DNA of 64,000 nucleotides from a virus (IMGVR_UViG_3300042922_000270), one strand, 5' to 3'. Shown: positions 45,002 through 53,902, numbered from the stretch's first letter. The notes: generated by a model not told the origin, from the sequence alone. A program made the numbers and translations.

Positions 45002-45487
45002 TTAGGGTCCTAATGCATCATTTACCTCTTTCTGTAAATCATAGTTAAACTTAGTACTGTCGCTGAGAAGCTCTATCCCATCGAGGTTACGGGCGTAACT
45101 ATTAATGTAGTTTTGTTTACGTTGTTCCCACTGCTCGTCTGTGTAGTGAGAAAGTTGCTCTCTAGGGACAGCCAGTTGGTTTAGACAATAAGTTACACCT
45201 TCACGACATCTCTCAAGTTCTTTGAGCCTGATATTCTCGAAGATGGCCTTCTGATCCACCACACCGCTATCTAGTAGAGGTTTAGCTACCCTAAAGAGAC
45301 TGGTGTGCCCAAAGCTCTCACAGAACTCTTCTTTAATGGGCTTATCAATATTATCGTATGTTTCCCAGGTATGTCTACAACCTTGGACCATATTAGCTAT
45401 AAGCTCAGTGGTATCCTGAATAATCTTCTTGAGCTTATCAATCTCATCCTGTTGTTTCTGGATGTATGCTGCTTCAGCGTACGTCAT
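45002..45487 (-). CDS. hypothetical protein
   Basis: 161 aa ORF. Confidence 0.45.
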   Translation of the reverse strand: MTYAEAAYIQKQQDEIDKLKKIIQDTTELIANMVQGCRHTWETYDNIDKPIKEEFCESFGHTSLFRVAKPLLDSGVVDQKAIFENIRLKELERCREGVTYCLNQLAVPREQLSHYTDEQWEQRKQNYINSYARNLDGIELLSDSTKFNYDLQKEVNDALGP

Positions 45488-46190
45488 TAAAGTTCTCGTA
45501 CCACTCTACTATGGCCTCGGCGGCCCGTCTTGGGGGAAGTATGTCTTTGATACCCAGATTCCTAAGCCCAGGAGCATGATTAAGATCGCAAGCAAGTTTA
45601 ACGCCAGTAGCGCTGTCTTCAATATAATCAATGGCAAACACAGGCAGATAAGAATAGTGAGGTACTCTAGAAACATAGTTATCAATTATTTCTACCTCTG
45701 CACCAGAAGCATTAGTCATCCAGTTCTCAGGATTGATTATCTTGAGCATGAATGCATGCTTACCTATTTGTACGTATTTATAACTAGTAGCCACTGGTCC
45801 TGTGTTGATAAACATACTAGCCAGTTGATTACGAGGGTGACTAGATCCATCCCACTGCCCACCGGGTCTAGTAGGAGAAACTATATCTCTAACTTGTTGA
45901 GGAGTATAGAGTTCTTTGCCTTGGGCAGCATGTCTCCACTCTTCTGTATAGACTACCTGGCTTCTCATAGGGTACTTAGCATAAAGGGTGGCCATGGTTC
46001 CGTGGGGAACTACGGTCTCACCGAGAACATCCCTTAGTATCCTAAACTGGTCAGACTTATGAGGATAGCTAGTTTCAGGGCTGTTACCTGCTATACGCTT
46101 AAACTCAAAGTCATAATTTGTACAGTGCCTGGACTCTAACCAAATATCGTAATAGTCTATATAGTCAGTAGTTAACTTTACTTTGGTCAC
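45474..46190 (-). CDS. hypothetical protein
   Basis: 238 aa ORF. Confidence 0.45.
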   Translation of the reverse strand: MTKVKLTTDYIDYYDIWLESRHCTNYDFEFKRIAGNSPETSYPHKSDQFRILRDVLGETVVPHGTMATLYAKYPMRSQVVYTEEWRHAAQGKELYTPQQVRDIVSPTRPGGQWDGSSHPRNQLASMFINTGPVATSYKYVQIGKHAFMLKIINPENWMTNASGAEVEIIDNYVSRVPHYSYLPVFAIDYIEDSATGVKLACDLNHAPGLRNLGIKDILPPRRAAEAIVEWYENFNDVR

Positions 46191-46417
46191 TTGGAGAACA
46201 TAACCTCTAAATCTTTAAGGGGATACCAGAAGCCTTTGTTCAACTCTAGTGGGAATATATAAGCATAGTCTTCTTCAAGAACAGCATGATGCTTTCTAGT
46301 GGCCACATACTTAACTTCACAGATGGTCCCTAGCCTAAAGATAGCTAGTAACTGATAGAAGTCTGGATGATGCTGTTCGGGAATGTTAGCCAGCCTAACA
46401 AGATCACCGGGACCCAT
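46187..46417 (-). CDS. small paralog-family protein
   Basis: MGPGDLVRLANI ... KDLEVMFSK. Confidence 0.6.
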   Translation of the reverse strand: MGPGDLVRLANIPEQHHPDFYQLLAIFRLGTICEVKYVATRKHHAVLEEDYAYIFPLELNKGFWYPLKDLEVMFSK

Positions 46418-46674
46418 TATGTTGTGTACACCGGTTGAACATCATCAAAGCCAAACAACCAGTAACGGTCAGTGACTCTGGTACCATTCAGGTCGCAAGT
46501 GATGTCCTTCTGAGGGAATTCTACAACTAGTACACCCGCTGATCTGTATTCGTCATCGCCATTGACTATACGACCAATACGTCCCACCAGCTTAGTTGGA
46601 CTAGACACTAGCTTGAGTTTACCTACCTGTGTAGGAGTTCTTCTGATCATAACCTGATCATTTTCATTATACAT
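46417..46674 (-). CDS. small paralog-family protein
   Basis: NENDQVMIRRT ... DDVQPVYTT. Confidence 0.5.
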   Translation of the reverse strand: MYNENDQVMIRRTPTQVGKLKLVSSPTKLVGRIGRIVNGDDEYRSAGVLVVEFPQKDITCDLNGTRVTDRYWLFGFDDVQPVYTT

Positions 46675-46702
46675 TGTTATACCTATAGAGAAATATAATA
46701 AG

Positions 46703-46774
<72 letters not shown>

Positions 46775-46786
46775 CAAGAGAAGCCC

Positions 46787-48301
46787 CTACTGGGGCTTCT
46801 TAGTTAGAACAAACTCTTCAGCCTGCTCTACTGTTGAGATTAGACCATCTACAACTAGCTGCTTCATTTCCTTCATGACAGCACCTAGCTCAACACCAGG
46901 CTTCATGCCTAGCATCTTAGCTACTTGGTTACCATCAATAGGAGTCTTCACAGCCTCACCAATCAACTTGGACGTATCCAACTGACTGATCATCACTTCT
47001 AGTTTAGCAAAGCCTTCTACGTCTCTGTAGGCCTCACTATGTGCAAGCCGATCAGAAACCATAAGTTGGATATGCTCTTTCCAGAGGTGGCCCATCTTGT
47101 TGACGAACCTTCTTACATTGCGTATGTTCCACTCGCCATGGGCATAGTTAACATGTTCGCCAACCATCATGGTGATGTCTGTGATGTCTTCACCAGAGAA
47201 CTTGAGTCTCCTCAAGATCTTCTCGGTCATGTCTGCTCCCCAGTAGTCATGCTTCAAGAAGGACTTACCCTCACGAAGAGCCCATGAGCCACAAGTCGGA
47301 CACTCTATCTTGTCTACCTTATCGTACACATCACCAGGAAGCTTAGACTTGTAGTCACACCTGTCTTCTATGCACTTGTATCTGATTTGGAACGAAGTCG
47401 GTTTAGCGACGTCGTGAAGGAGGCAAGCGAGAACGACTCTATAGCTAGCACCGAGATCAACAGCATTTTCCACTGCCAGGAGGGTATGCTCCCAAAGAGG
47501 CAGATGATGATGGTAATTATCTTGATCATAGCCAAGCTGCGATACAAGTTCAGGTATAATGTGAGTGATAACTCCATCTTCCATCATCTCCCTAAAGGCA
47601 AGCGCCGCAGTACGAGTTCCAGCAATCTGCACGAGTTCGTCATGGATACGTTCCCATGAGATCTCTTTGAGATAGGGAGCCCATTGTCTGATGGCTGGAC
47701 GGATGTTATCATCAAAGACAAAGCCAAGTCTGTGTTTGAAACGATACGCCCGAAGGATCCTGAGGGGATCGTCCGAGAACGAGGTTGATGCATCGATAGG
47801 GGTTCTGAGTAGTCCCACCGAGCTTGGTCTGTCCAAACAGGAGTACCCTTCCAGACTAGTACTGTCACTGATATTCACCTCGGCGTAGTAATTGTAAGTG
47901 GGGTCCCAGCACAGGTAAGCTGCAATGGCATTACAAGTGAAGTCTCTACGCACTAGGTCATCACTGAGATTCTTGCTGAAGTTGACCTTGGGTCTACGAT
48001 TGCCACGTTCGTAGCTTTCGTTGGCCCTGAAGGTAGTGATCTCTAGTTGTTCACCTTTGTAGATACAATGTACCGTACCGTAGTTACCACCGTTCTTTTC
48101 AACAATGGAAGCACCTAGCTTCTTCATGATTTTGGTGATAACCTCAGGCTCTGCGTCGGTAGCAAAGTCGAAGTCTTTCGGTTCACGATTAAGAATCATA
48201 TCTCTGACACAGCCACCTACCAACCACAGTTCATGGTTGCCGAAGGCCTTAACGAGTGGAAACAGGGTCTCCAACTTATCGTGGAATAGCTGGGTGCGCA
48301 T
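46787..48301 (-). CDS. cca: tRNA nucleotidyltransferase (CCA-adding enzyme) with HD domain
   Basis: LWLVGGCVRDMILNREPKDFDFATDA (GG.VRD ... D.D head domain) and a LLHDVAKP HD motif. Confidence 0.8.
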   Translation of the reverse strand: MRTQLFHDKLETLFPLVKAFGNHELWLVGGCVRDMILNREPKDFDFATDAEPEVITKIMKKLGASIVEKNGGNYGTVHCIYKGEQLEITTFRANESYERGNRRPKVNFSKNLSDDLVRRDFTCNAIAAYLCWDPTYNYYAEVNISDSTSLEGYSCLDRPSSVGLLRTPIDASTSFSDDPLRILRAYRFKHRLGFVFDDNIRPAIRQWAPYLKEISWERIHDELVQIAGTRTAALAFREMMEDGVITHIIPELVSQLGYDQDNYHHHLPLWEHTLLAVENAVDLGASYRVVLACLLHDVAKPTSFQIRYKCIEDRCDYKSKLPGDVYDKVDKIECPTCGSWALREGKSFLKHDYWGADMTEKILRRLKFSGEDITDITMMVGEHVNYAHGEWNIRNVRRFVNKMGHLWKEHIQLMVSDRLAHSEAYRDVEGFAKLEVMISQLDTSKLIGEAVKTPIDGNQVAKMLGMKPGVELGAVMKEMKQLVVDGLISTVEQAEEFVLTKKPQ

Positions 48302-48311
48302 GAGTACCTTC

Positions 48312-48581
48312 CTATACCGTAAATATTATATCTATATCTTCTTCTCTGACGCCCCGTGTGGTTCTATCGTTTAGCTTTACCGAATACCAGAATTCCATTC
48401 CTGGATACTGGTGCGCATAGTCTTCACCTGCTGTGGGTACAACTTGTATGATCTCAGCTATTTTATTAGCCCATACCTCATAGAAGCCATCACCAGGACG
48501 AGCTAAGACCTTATCAGTCCATAAGAAGACATCTTTGACTACTACTAAATCTCCGACTGAGTATTTTGGTGTATTTTCCAT
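48312..48581 (-). CDS. small paralog-family protein
   Basis: YSVGDLVVVKDV ... EDIDIIFTV. Confidence 0.6.
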   Translation of the reverse strand: MENTPKYSVGDLVVVKDVFLWTDKVLARPGDGFYEVWANKIAEIIQVVPTAGEDYAHQYPGMEFWYSVKLNDRTTRGVREEDIDIIFTV

Positions 48582-48583
48582 AG

Positions 48584-48656
48584 CGGCCCCACCAGGACTC
48601 GAACCTGGGACAAAGGTTTAGGAAACCTCCGTTATATCCATCTTAACTATGAGGCC
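48584..48656 (-). tRNA. tRNA-Arg (CCU), tentative anticodon
   Basis: Acceptor GGCCUCA/UGGGGCC, D-stem GUUA/UAAC, anticodon stem GAGGU/ACCUU with loop UUCCUAA, T-loop UUCGAGU. Confidence 0.6.
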
Positions 48657-48665
48657 ATTGTGGGG

Positions 48666-49004
48666 CTAGTGCCCCGTGTTGTGGTGAGGGTCAGGACAGC
48701 GACAACGCACACCCTTATCCTCAGTCTTAGGCTTCTTTGACTCTTCGTAAGCAGCATTGGCACTAGCCAAAGTCTTAGGGTCAATCTTAGCCAAAGCCTT
48801 CTGCTTCTCGTGATCGATGGCAATGTAGAACATGATCTCATCTCTCACAAGAGAATCAATCATTAGAGGCTTGAGGGCCTCCATAATCACAGAGCCATTG
48901 ATACGACTCTCAATCTCAGGACGCTTGGTTTCAGCAAAGGCTTTGGCCTCGGCAACAACCTTAGGGTCTAGAGTCTCAAGTAGCTGGTCCAATGTTTTGA
49001 GCAT
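48666..49004 (-). CDS. hypothetical protein
   Basis: Trimmed to the internal ATG (MLKTLDQLLE...) to minimise overlap with the NADAR gene. Confidence 0.4.
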   Translation of the reverse strand: MLKTLDQLLETLDPKVVAEAKAFAETKRPEIESRINGSVIMEALKPLMIDSLVRDEIMFYIAIDHEKQKALAKIDPKTLASANAAYEESKKPKTEDKGVRCRCPDPHHNTGH

Positions 49005-49470
49005 TGCGTAGTTCCTCTCGAACTTGCATGAGGGCCTTGCCAAGAAGGTTACGCCCAGCTTTGTCACACTTAGGCAAGCGACCACAGTAGCAGTCACCCC
49101 AGATATTATCGTGATGGTAGTTACCCTCAATAAGGATAGCATCACCGGTACCCAAGAGAATCTCTCTTAGGTCAGCATGTTGACTGAACTTAGCTCTTAC
49201 AAGCTCAACCATAAGGTCGTACTTGATATCTTCCCAATCAGGCCTGAACGACTTAATGATCCCTCGGGGACCACCCATCCTCTTAGCCTTACCAGGTGTC
49301 TCAGCCAACATGATTTGAGCAAACTCTTTAGGGTCCGAAGATTTAAGAGCTTGGTACGGGTGCTCAAGGGTCTTACACTTCATGCCCCTGTAAGTAAACT
49401 CTCTTTCAAAGAAGTTACTAAAGCATTCGTACTTACCCGTGAACCTGTCTATTACTGCTACTGTAGCCAT
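48976..49470 (-). CDS. NADAR (YbiA-like, DUF1768) domain protein
   Basis: YECFSNFFEREFTYRGMKCKTLEHPYQALK matches the NADAR signature (F.SNF ... E..YQA.K); start trimmed to MATVAVIDRF. Confidence 0.7.
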   Translation of the reverse strand: MATVAVIDRFTGKYECFSNFFEREFTYRGMKCKTLEHPYQALKSSDPKEFAQIMLAETPGKAKRMGGPRGIIKSFRPDWEDIKYDLMVELVRAKFSQHADLREILLGTGDAILIEGNYHHDNIWGDCYCGRLPKCDKAGRNLLGKALMQVREELRNAQNIGPAT

Positions 49471-49493
49471 TATTACCTCTATTATTATATTAC

Positions 49494-49569
49494 TGGCCCT
49501 GGAGGGATTCGAACCCTCAACCTCTCCCGGCATAAACCAGTGAGTGCTCTACCATTGAGCTACAGAACC
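49494..49569 (-). tRNA. tRNA, anticodon arm not resolvable by hand (possibly non-canonical loop)
   Basis: Good acceptor (GGUUCUG/CAGGGCC), D-arm GCUC-AAUGGUA-GAGC and T-arm GAGGG-UUCGAAU-CCCUC; the interior CUCACUGGUUUAUGCCGGGAGAGG does not give a standard 5-bp stem with 7-nt loop. Confidence 0.55.
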
Positions 49570-49864
49570 AAGTGAGGCTGAATACACAGCCTGGCGCACA
49601 TCCCTAGGTCTATCAGGAAACCACCTGTAAAGCGTTGGTCCAGGATTTAATTACCTGTTAGCTATTACGTCTGCTTCTCTTCTAGCCTTATGTTTGATGC
49701 TTTACCTCTGATCTTTGATCTCTTATCTTTCCTCGGCAACAAATCCCCCGAAAAGGTGGAGGAATACGTTAGATTGATAAATCCAAAATCAATGTAATGC
49801 TTCATAAGGTTGAAACGGACCTTCCCGAGTTCGAGATGTTCGTGCACCCAGCCTCAAAAGTTGT

Positions 49865-50542
49865 TTAGTTGAACTTTAGCAGTTCATCCGGAATCTCGAT
49901 CTGAGTCGAGGTGTTAGCCTCAGACAGAACGAAGTCCAGAGTGGTCTCCAGCTCAACCTGCTCGTCAGTATAGTTCTTCACTACCTCACGAAGGTTGAGG
50001 GGATCGAGCAGAGCAGGCTGATACATGCTCTTGAGGTTCTTAGCCACAAGCTCGAGCTGTTCCTGCTTCACCTGTTGACCATTGCTGGCCAAGGCATTCT
50101 GCTGGTTCTCGATCTGCTGGTTCACCGCAAACTCAGCATTCTCGTATTCACGAGTAGCGAGACTGAGGCGCTGCTCCAGCTTGGTAAGTAGGGTTCTGCG
50201 GTTACCACGAACCTTGCAGTCCTTCAGACCAAGCGACTGACGGAGATACACAGCCTCAGCCAGAGTCATGACGGTACCACGAACGGTAACGTTAGTCTCC
50301 AAGTTAGCCTTCTGAATGGCGAACTTGAGCTGTGCACGACGAGCAATGAGGTCATTGACCTGTTGGAACTCAGCTTGGATGTCCTTAGCCTGCTCGTCAG
50401 CAGTCTTGTACTTCTTGGTGACAGGGGACTTTTGATCTCCGATGGTCAGTCCGATGAGCTGGAGGTTGGCAATGGCCTTCTCGATACGGTCATCGAGGCT
50501 CTTGGCTACGGTCATTGCGCGGGTGATTGATACTTTTGACAT
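49865..50542 (-). CDS. coiled-coil hypothetical protein
   Basis: 225 aa; Gln/Glu/Leu-rich heptad-like sequence; GC-rich. Confidence 0.45.
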   Translation of the reverse strand: MSKVSITRAMTVAKSLDDRIEKAIANLQLIGLTIGDQKSPVTKKYKTADEQAKDIQAEFQQVNDLIARRAQLKFAIQKANLETNVTVRGTVMTLAEAVYLRQSLGLKDCKVRGNRRTLLTKLEQRLSLATREYENAEFAVNQQIENQQNALASNGQQVKQEQLELVAKNLKSMYQPALLDPLNLREVVKNYTDEQVELETTLDFVLSEANTSTQIEIPDELLKFN

Positions 50543-50594
50543 TGTTCTCTTCTTTTAGGTTTTAATAGACGTATACTGTCTCTGAATAGTTAAG

Positions 50595-50667
50595 TGGGCT
50601 AAGAGGGATTCGAACCCCCGACTCTCTGCTTAAGAGGCAGATACTCTACCAACTGAGTTATTAGCCC
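50595..50667 (-). tRNA. tRNA-Lys (CUU)
   Basis: Acceptor GGGCUAA/UUAGCCC, D-stem ACUC/GAGU, anticodon stem UCUGC/GCAGA with loop CUCUUAA, T-loop UUCGAAU. Confidence 0.7.
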
Positions 50668-50676
50668 TAACCTAGA

Positions 50677-51213
50677 CTAAATGATTAGTCCAAGCGCTTC
50701 AATACCATCAGCATGACCTTTGGCTGCATCATTGTATGCATCCCCAGCTAGGTGCTTGAACAACTTAGCATGGTAGGTCTCATCCTTCAGGATATTGATA
50801 AATGTTTCTCTGATGTCCCACGGAGCGGTTACATCATCAGCAATTACTTTGATACGCTCTAGACGCATCTCTTCAGCATGGGCAGCAATGCCACATGCTT
50901 CTTGGTAGGATAGCTCTGAGTTACCCAGAACAGCCTCCCAGTAACGATCAGAGCTAGCGCTCTCCGTAGGAACCGGAATCTGCCTGACAATCAGAAGATC
51001 CTTAATCCAGTCAGCATGAACATCTTCTTCATACATGACCCGCTCGATGGATTTCTGGTCGATGTAGTTAGGAGCATGTGCCAGAATGTACTGCTTGATG
51101 CGGTCAGAAGCTGACAACTCTCCAGAGTACTGCTGGGTGAGCCAGTGACGGAGAGCTGAGTTATCGCTCTTAACGCCATCCCACCACTGCTGTGAAGTCT
51201 TCTTTGGAATCAT
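50677..51213 (-). CDS. hypothetical protein, possible ferritin-like diiron fold
   Basis: Three E..H spacings (EDVH, HAEEMRLE, ETYH) in a predicted helical protein; weak. Confidence 0.3.
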   Translation of the reverse strand: MIPKKTSQQWWDGVKSDNSALRHWLTQQYSGELSASDRIKQYILAHAPNYIDQKSIERVMYEEDVHADWIKDLLIVRQIPVPTESASSDRYWEAVLGNSELSYQEACGIAAHAEEMRLERIKVIADDVTAPWDIRETFINILKDETYHAKLFKHLAGDAYNDAAKGHADGIEALGLII

Positions 51214-51446
51214 TGTGTGAACATTACCTCTACTTCTGAAGGCTTGAGGACCATACCGGCATCATCACCAGTAACAATCCAATACTTCCAGTCCTCACCG
51301 GACTCACTATCTGTCTCGTAAACTCTAATATCCTTGACTTCAAAGATCTTACCTACATAACTTGCTTTGAAGTAGGCCAGTTCTTCGTTATCAAACCAGG
51401 GATCACTAACATCTTTGACTACAACTAGGTCACCCTGGTTTATCAT
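51210..51446 (-). CDS. small paralog-family protein
   Basis: MINQGDLVVVKDV ... SEVEVMFTQ. Confidence 0.6.
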   Translation of the reverse strand: MINQGDLVVVKDVSDPWFDNEELAYFKASYVGKIFEVKDIRVYETDSESGEDWKYWIVTGDDAGMVLKPSEVEVMFTQ

Positions 51447-51727
51447 TACTTCTTCTTTTTGGTCTTAGGGGCAGGTTTCTCTTCTGCCTTCTTAGAGGTG
51501 ATCTCGACGTAAGCCCCATCTACGAGCTTCTCGACCTTGATGGTCTGATTACCGAAGATGGTTCTAATGTTCTCCTTAAAGAAGCCATTCTCGTGAAGGA
51601 GAACCGTAGCTTCAGAACCAGCAGTGATGTGGTCCAGAGCAAACACTTCTACTTCCTGATTGAGACTGTCATCCAGGGGTTTGAAGTCCTTATCAAAGAA
51701 CTTCTTAGTTACTCTGAACTGTTCCAC
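51446..51727 (-). CDS. hypothetical protein with Lys-rich tail
   Basis: 93 aa, ends KPAPKTKKKK. Confidence 0.4.
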   Translation of the reverse strand: MEQFRVTKKFFDKDFKPLDDSLNQEVEVFALDHITAGSEATVLLHENGFFKENIRTIFGNQTIKVEKLVDGAYVEITSKKAEEKPAPKTKKKK

Positions 51728-52075
51728 TTACATCACCCATCCTATCGATAAGACAAACCTAACACCTTCGGTCACCAACGTAACCTCATGCTCATGGATG
51801 TCTGGCCTGAACACTTGCATGAAGGGCAAGTCTACTATCTTGGGTCCATAGCACTCAAAGTGGCCACCACGCTTGGCTTTCCACAAGAAGATATTACACC
51901 TATAGTGTTTCTCTCCTGGTTGGACTGTATCGACGTGCTTCTTAACAAAGCTACCGATAGGCCACTTAAGAAGGTACACATCTATAAACTTAATCTTACC
52001 TAGAGGCTTGCCCCTAAAGTACAGGAGCTTCTTGAGGTAGCCACTATTCTGTCTACCCGCTTCCCATTTAATCAT
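51728..52075 (-). CDS. hypothetical protein
   Basis: 115 aa ORF. Confidence 0.4.
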   Translation of the reverse strand: MIKWEAGRQNSGYLKKLLYFRGKPLGKIKFIDVYLLKWPIGSFVKKHVDTVQPGEKHYRCNIFLWKAKRGGHFECYGPKIVDLPFMQVFRPDIHEHEVTLVTEGVRFVLSIGWVM

Positions 52076-52089
52076 ACAACTCTTTCTAT

Positions 52090-52191
52090 GAGGGACAGTG
52101 GGATTCGAACCACACTACAGCCTAGGCCGGTACCAGCCCTTGCTTACGTTTATTCACAACGCATACGGACACCATTCCGTAGAGGTCCCTC
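52090..52191 (-). ncRNA. atypical ~100-nt tRNA-like element (tRNA with large insertion, or pseudogene)
   Basis: Perfect 7-bp acceptor GAGGGAC/GUCCCUC and GGUUCGAAUCC T-loop box, but about 100 nt long with extra internal hairpins (ACGGA-AUGGUG-UCCGU; UGCGUU-GUGAAUA-AACGUA; GGCUGG-UA-CCGGCC) and a poorly paired T-stem. Confidence 0.45.
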
Positions 52192-52197
52192 GGGAAC

Positions 52198-52488
52198 TTA
52201 CTTGACCCAGAACATCCACTTAGGGACTTTGGGCTTACTGAGTTCATGTGCTCTGACATTGTCCTGCAACTTAGTCACCAGGTCCCAGTCAGTATCGGAT
52301 CTTGCTAGAAGAGCATCAACAGGCTTCTGTAACTCGGTGTGAGTATCCTTCCACTCTTTGAGGGCCTTAACACCGAACTTACGATCGATGAAGGACTTCA
52401 CTGTGAAGAAGAGCATCGTGAAGAGACTTCCAAAGAACAGGACCTCGAATAAGATCAGTAAGCATCTCAGTAGCATTACTAGAAACAT
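52198..52488 (-). CDS. small membrane protein
   Basis: 96 aa, N-terminal transmembrane helices. Confidence 0.4.
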   Translation of the reverse strand: MFLVMLLRCLLILFEVLFFGSLFTMLFFTVKSFIDRKFGVKALKEWKDTHTELQKPVDALLARSDTDWDLVTKLQDNVRAHELSKPKVPKWMFWVK

Positions 52489-52489
52489 C

Positions 52490-52816
52490 TTACTTTCTCC
52501 TCTGGAAGATCAGCCAGTCGTTGTCTTTGAGACCCTTGAATTCCCAGCCGTCGTTACCATAACGTTCTATGGTAACCCACCACTGACCTTCATCAGTAGT
52601 ACTGGATTGCACCCAGGAGGTCTCGAAGGTGGCCCCAAGCTGCACATGAGAATTACCTGTGGTAGCTCTATGAACAGATGTCGTGTCCTTAAGATGAACA
52701 ACCAATATGGTTGAAAACACCATAGCAAGGACCAGTACTGAGATCATCAGGATCTTGTTCTTGGTGTAGGTGTTAAGATTGGAGATCCCCGAAAGGATCT
52801 CCTTTAGCTTACCCAA
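52490..52816 (-). CDS. membrane-anchored protein, possible NfeD-like partner of the SPFH protein
   Basis: 108 aa; N-terminal TM helix plus beta-rich C-terminus; immediately downstream of and co-oriented with the SPFH gene. Confidence 0.35.
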   Translation of the reverse strand: MGKLKEILSGISNLNTYTKNKILMISVLVLAMVFSTILVVHLKDTTSVHRATTGNSHVQLGATFETSWVQSSTTDEGQWWVTIERYGNDGWEFKGLKDNDWLIFQRRK

Positions 52817-53737
52817 CTACTCAGCCTTGGTAGCGCCCACGGTCTTACCGAGAGCACCAGCATCGATAATCGAACCACTGGGGACGATGATCAAATTGGC
52901 AGCGTTGATGATGGCGTTGGCCGTGATCTTGGCCTTCTCCAACTCGGTGTACTGAGTGGGCGACAGACCAATGGCCGAACGAGCGTTGGCCTCACCCTTG
53001 GCACGGATGAACTTGGCATCGGCTTCAGCCTTGGCCTCGATCTTGACCTTCTCAGCAGCCATCTTGGACTTCTCCAATTCCTGCTTGGCCGACAAGGTCT
53101 CCTGCTCGATCTGAGCCTTACGCTCCACCGCAGTCTTGATGGCCTCGGGTAAGTTGATGTCCGAGATGGCCACAGTTTCGACAATAGTGAAGTCGTCACC
53201 GATGCCGTCGATCTTGACGTCCTGGTTCTTAAGGCCGGCCTGCAAGATGCGGTTCATCTCGGCAGCAGCCTTAGCACCACGCGACTGATACAGGTCGATC
53301 ACGCCGTACTTCGAGAACGAGTAGCCAGCGACCTGCTGAATCACAGGGATCCAACGAGTCTGAATCAGGCCGCTGTCGCCGCCGAAGGCCTTGCGGTACT
53401 TCTTGAACAACTCAGCGGGGCGGGTGCTCGACTCACCGAAATCGGTCCTGTACTGGACTCGAACGTCAACGGTCAGCTCTTGACCTTCACGAGTGTTGAC
53501 TCGGAAGTTGTCGAGGTTGATGTTGTCGACGACACCGGCAGGGTACTCGTAGACATTCTTGAAGAAACCGACGAGGTGCATGCCAGGAGGCAGGGGCTTC
53601 TCATCGATGTGACCACTGACAGTATCAGTCACCACACCCACAGAACCAGGTTCGATGGAGGCACAGCCCTGAACAACAGGCATCACCGCCAAGGCCAAAA
53701 CAGCCAAAGCACTCACTAGAAGTCGCTTGAGATTCAC
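52817..53737 (-). CDS. SPFH/band-7 (stomatin/prohibitin/HflK/C-like) domain lipoprotein
   Basis: SPFH-like core (NTREGQELTVDVRVQYR ... IQTRWIPVIQQVAGYSF ... coiled-coil AKQELEKSKMAAEKVK) with N-terminal signal/lipobox LAVMPVVQGC; start reassigned to the GTG at 53737 preceded by AAAGGA; GC-rich. Confidence 0.6.
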   Translation of the reverse strand: MNLKRLLVSALAVLALAVMPVVQGCASIEPGSVGVVTDTVSGHIDEKPLPPGMHLVGFFKNVYEYPAGVVDNINLDNFRVNTREGQELTVDVRVQYRTDFGESSTRPAELFKKYRKAFGGDSGLIQTRWIPVIQQVAGYSFSKYGVIDLYQSRGAKAAAEMNRILQAGLKNQDVKIDGIGDDFTIVETVAISDINLPEAIKTAVERKAQIEQETLSAKQELEKSKMAAEKVKIEAKAEADAKFIRAKGEANARSAIGLSPTQYTELEKAKITANAIINAANLIIVPSGSIIDAGALGKTVGATKAE

Positions 53738-53902
53738 TAAGGATTCCTTTCTTGTACCAGCGTAACTAAAAGCTGGATCAGGCAACTGATAAGAGCCAGT
53801 GTAAGCACGGCTCCACCAATCAGTACCAGGTAGGGAGTACACGGATCTGACGCTAAGAATGTCCCAATAGAGGGGCTCTCGAAGAATGCAGCATTCATAG
53901 GA

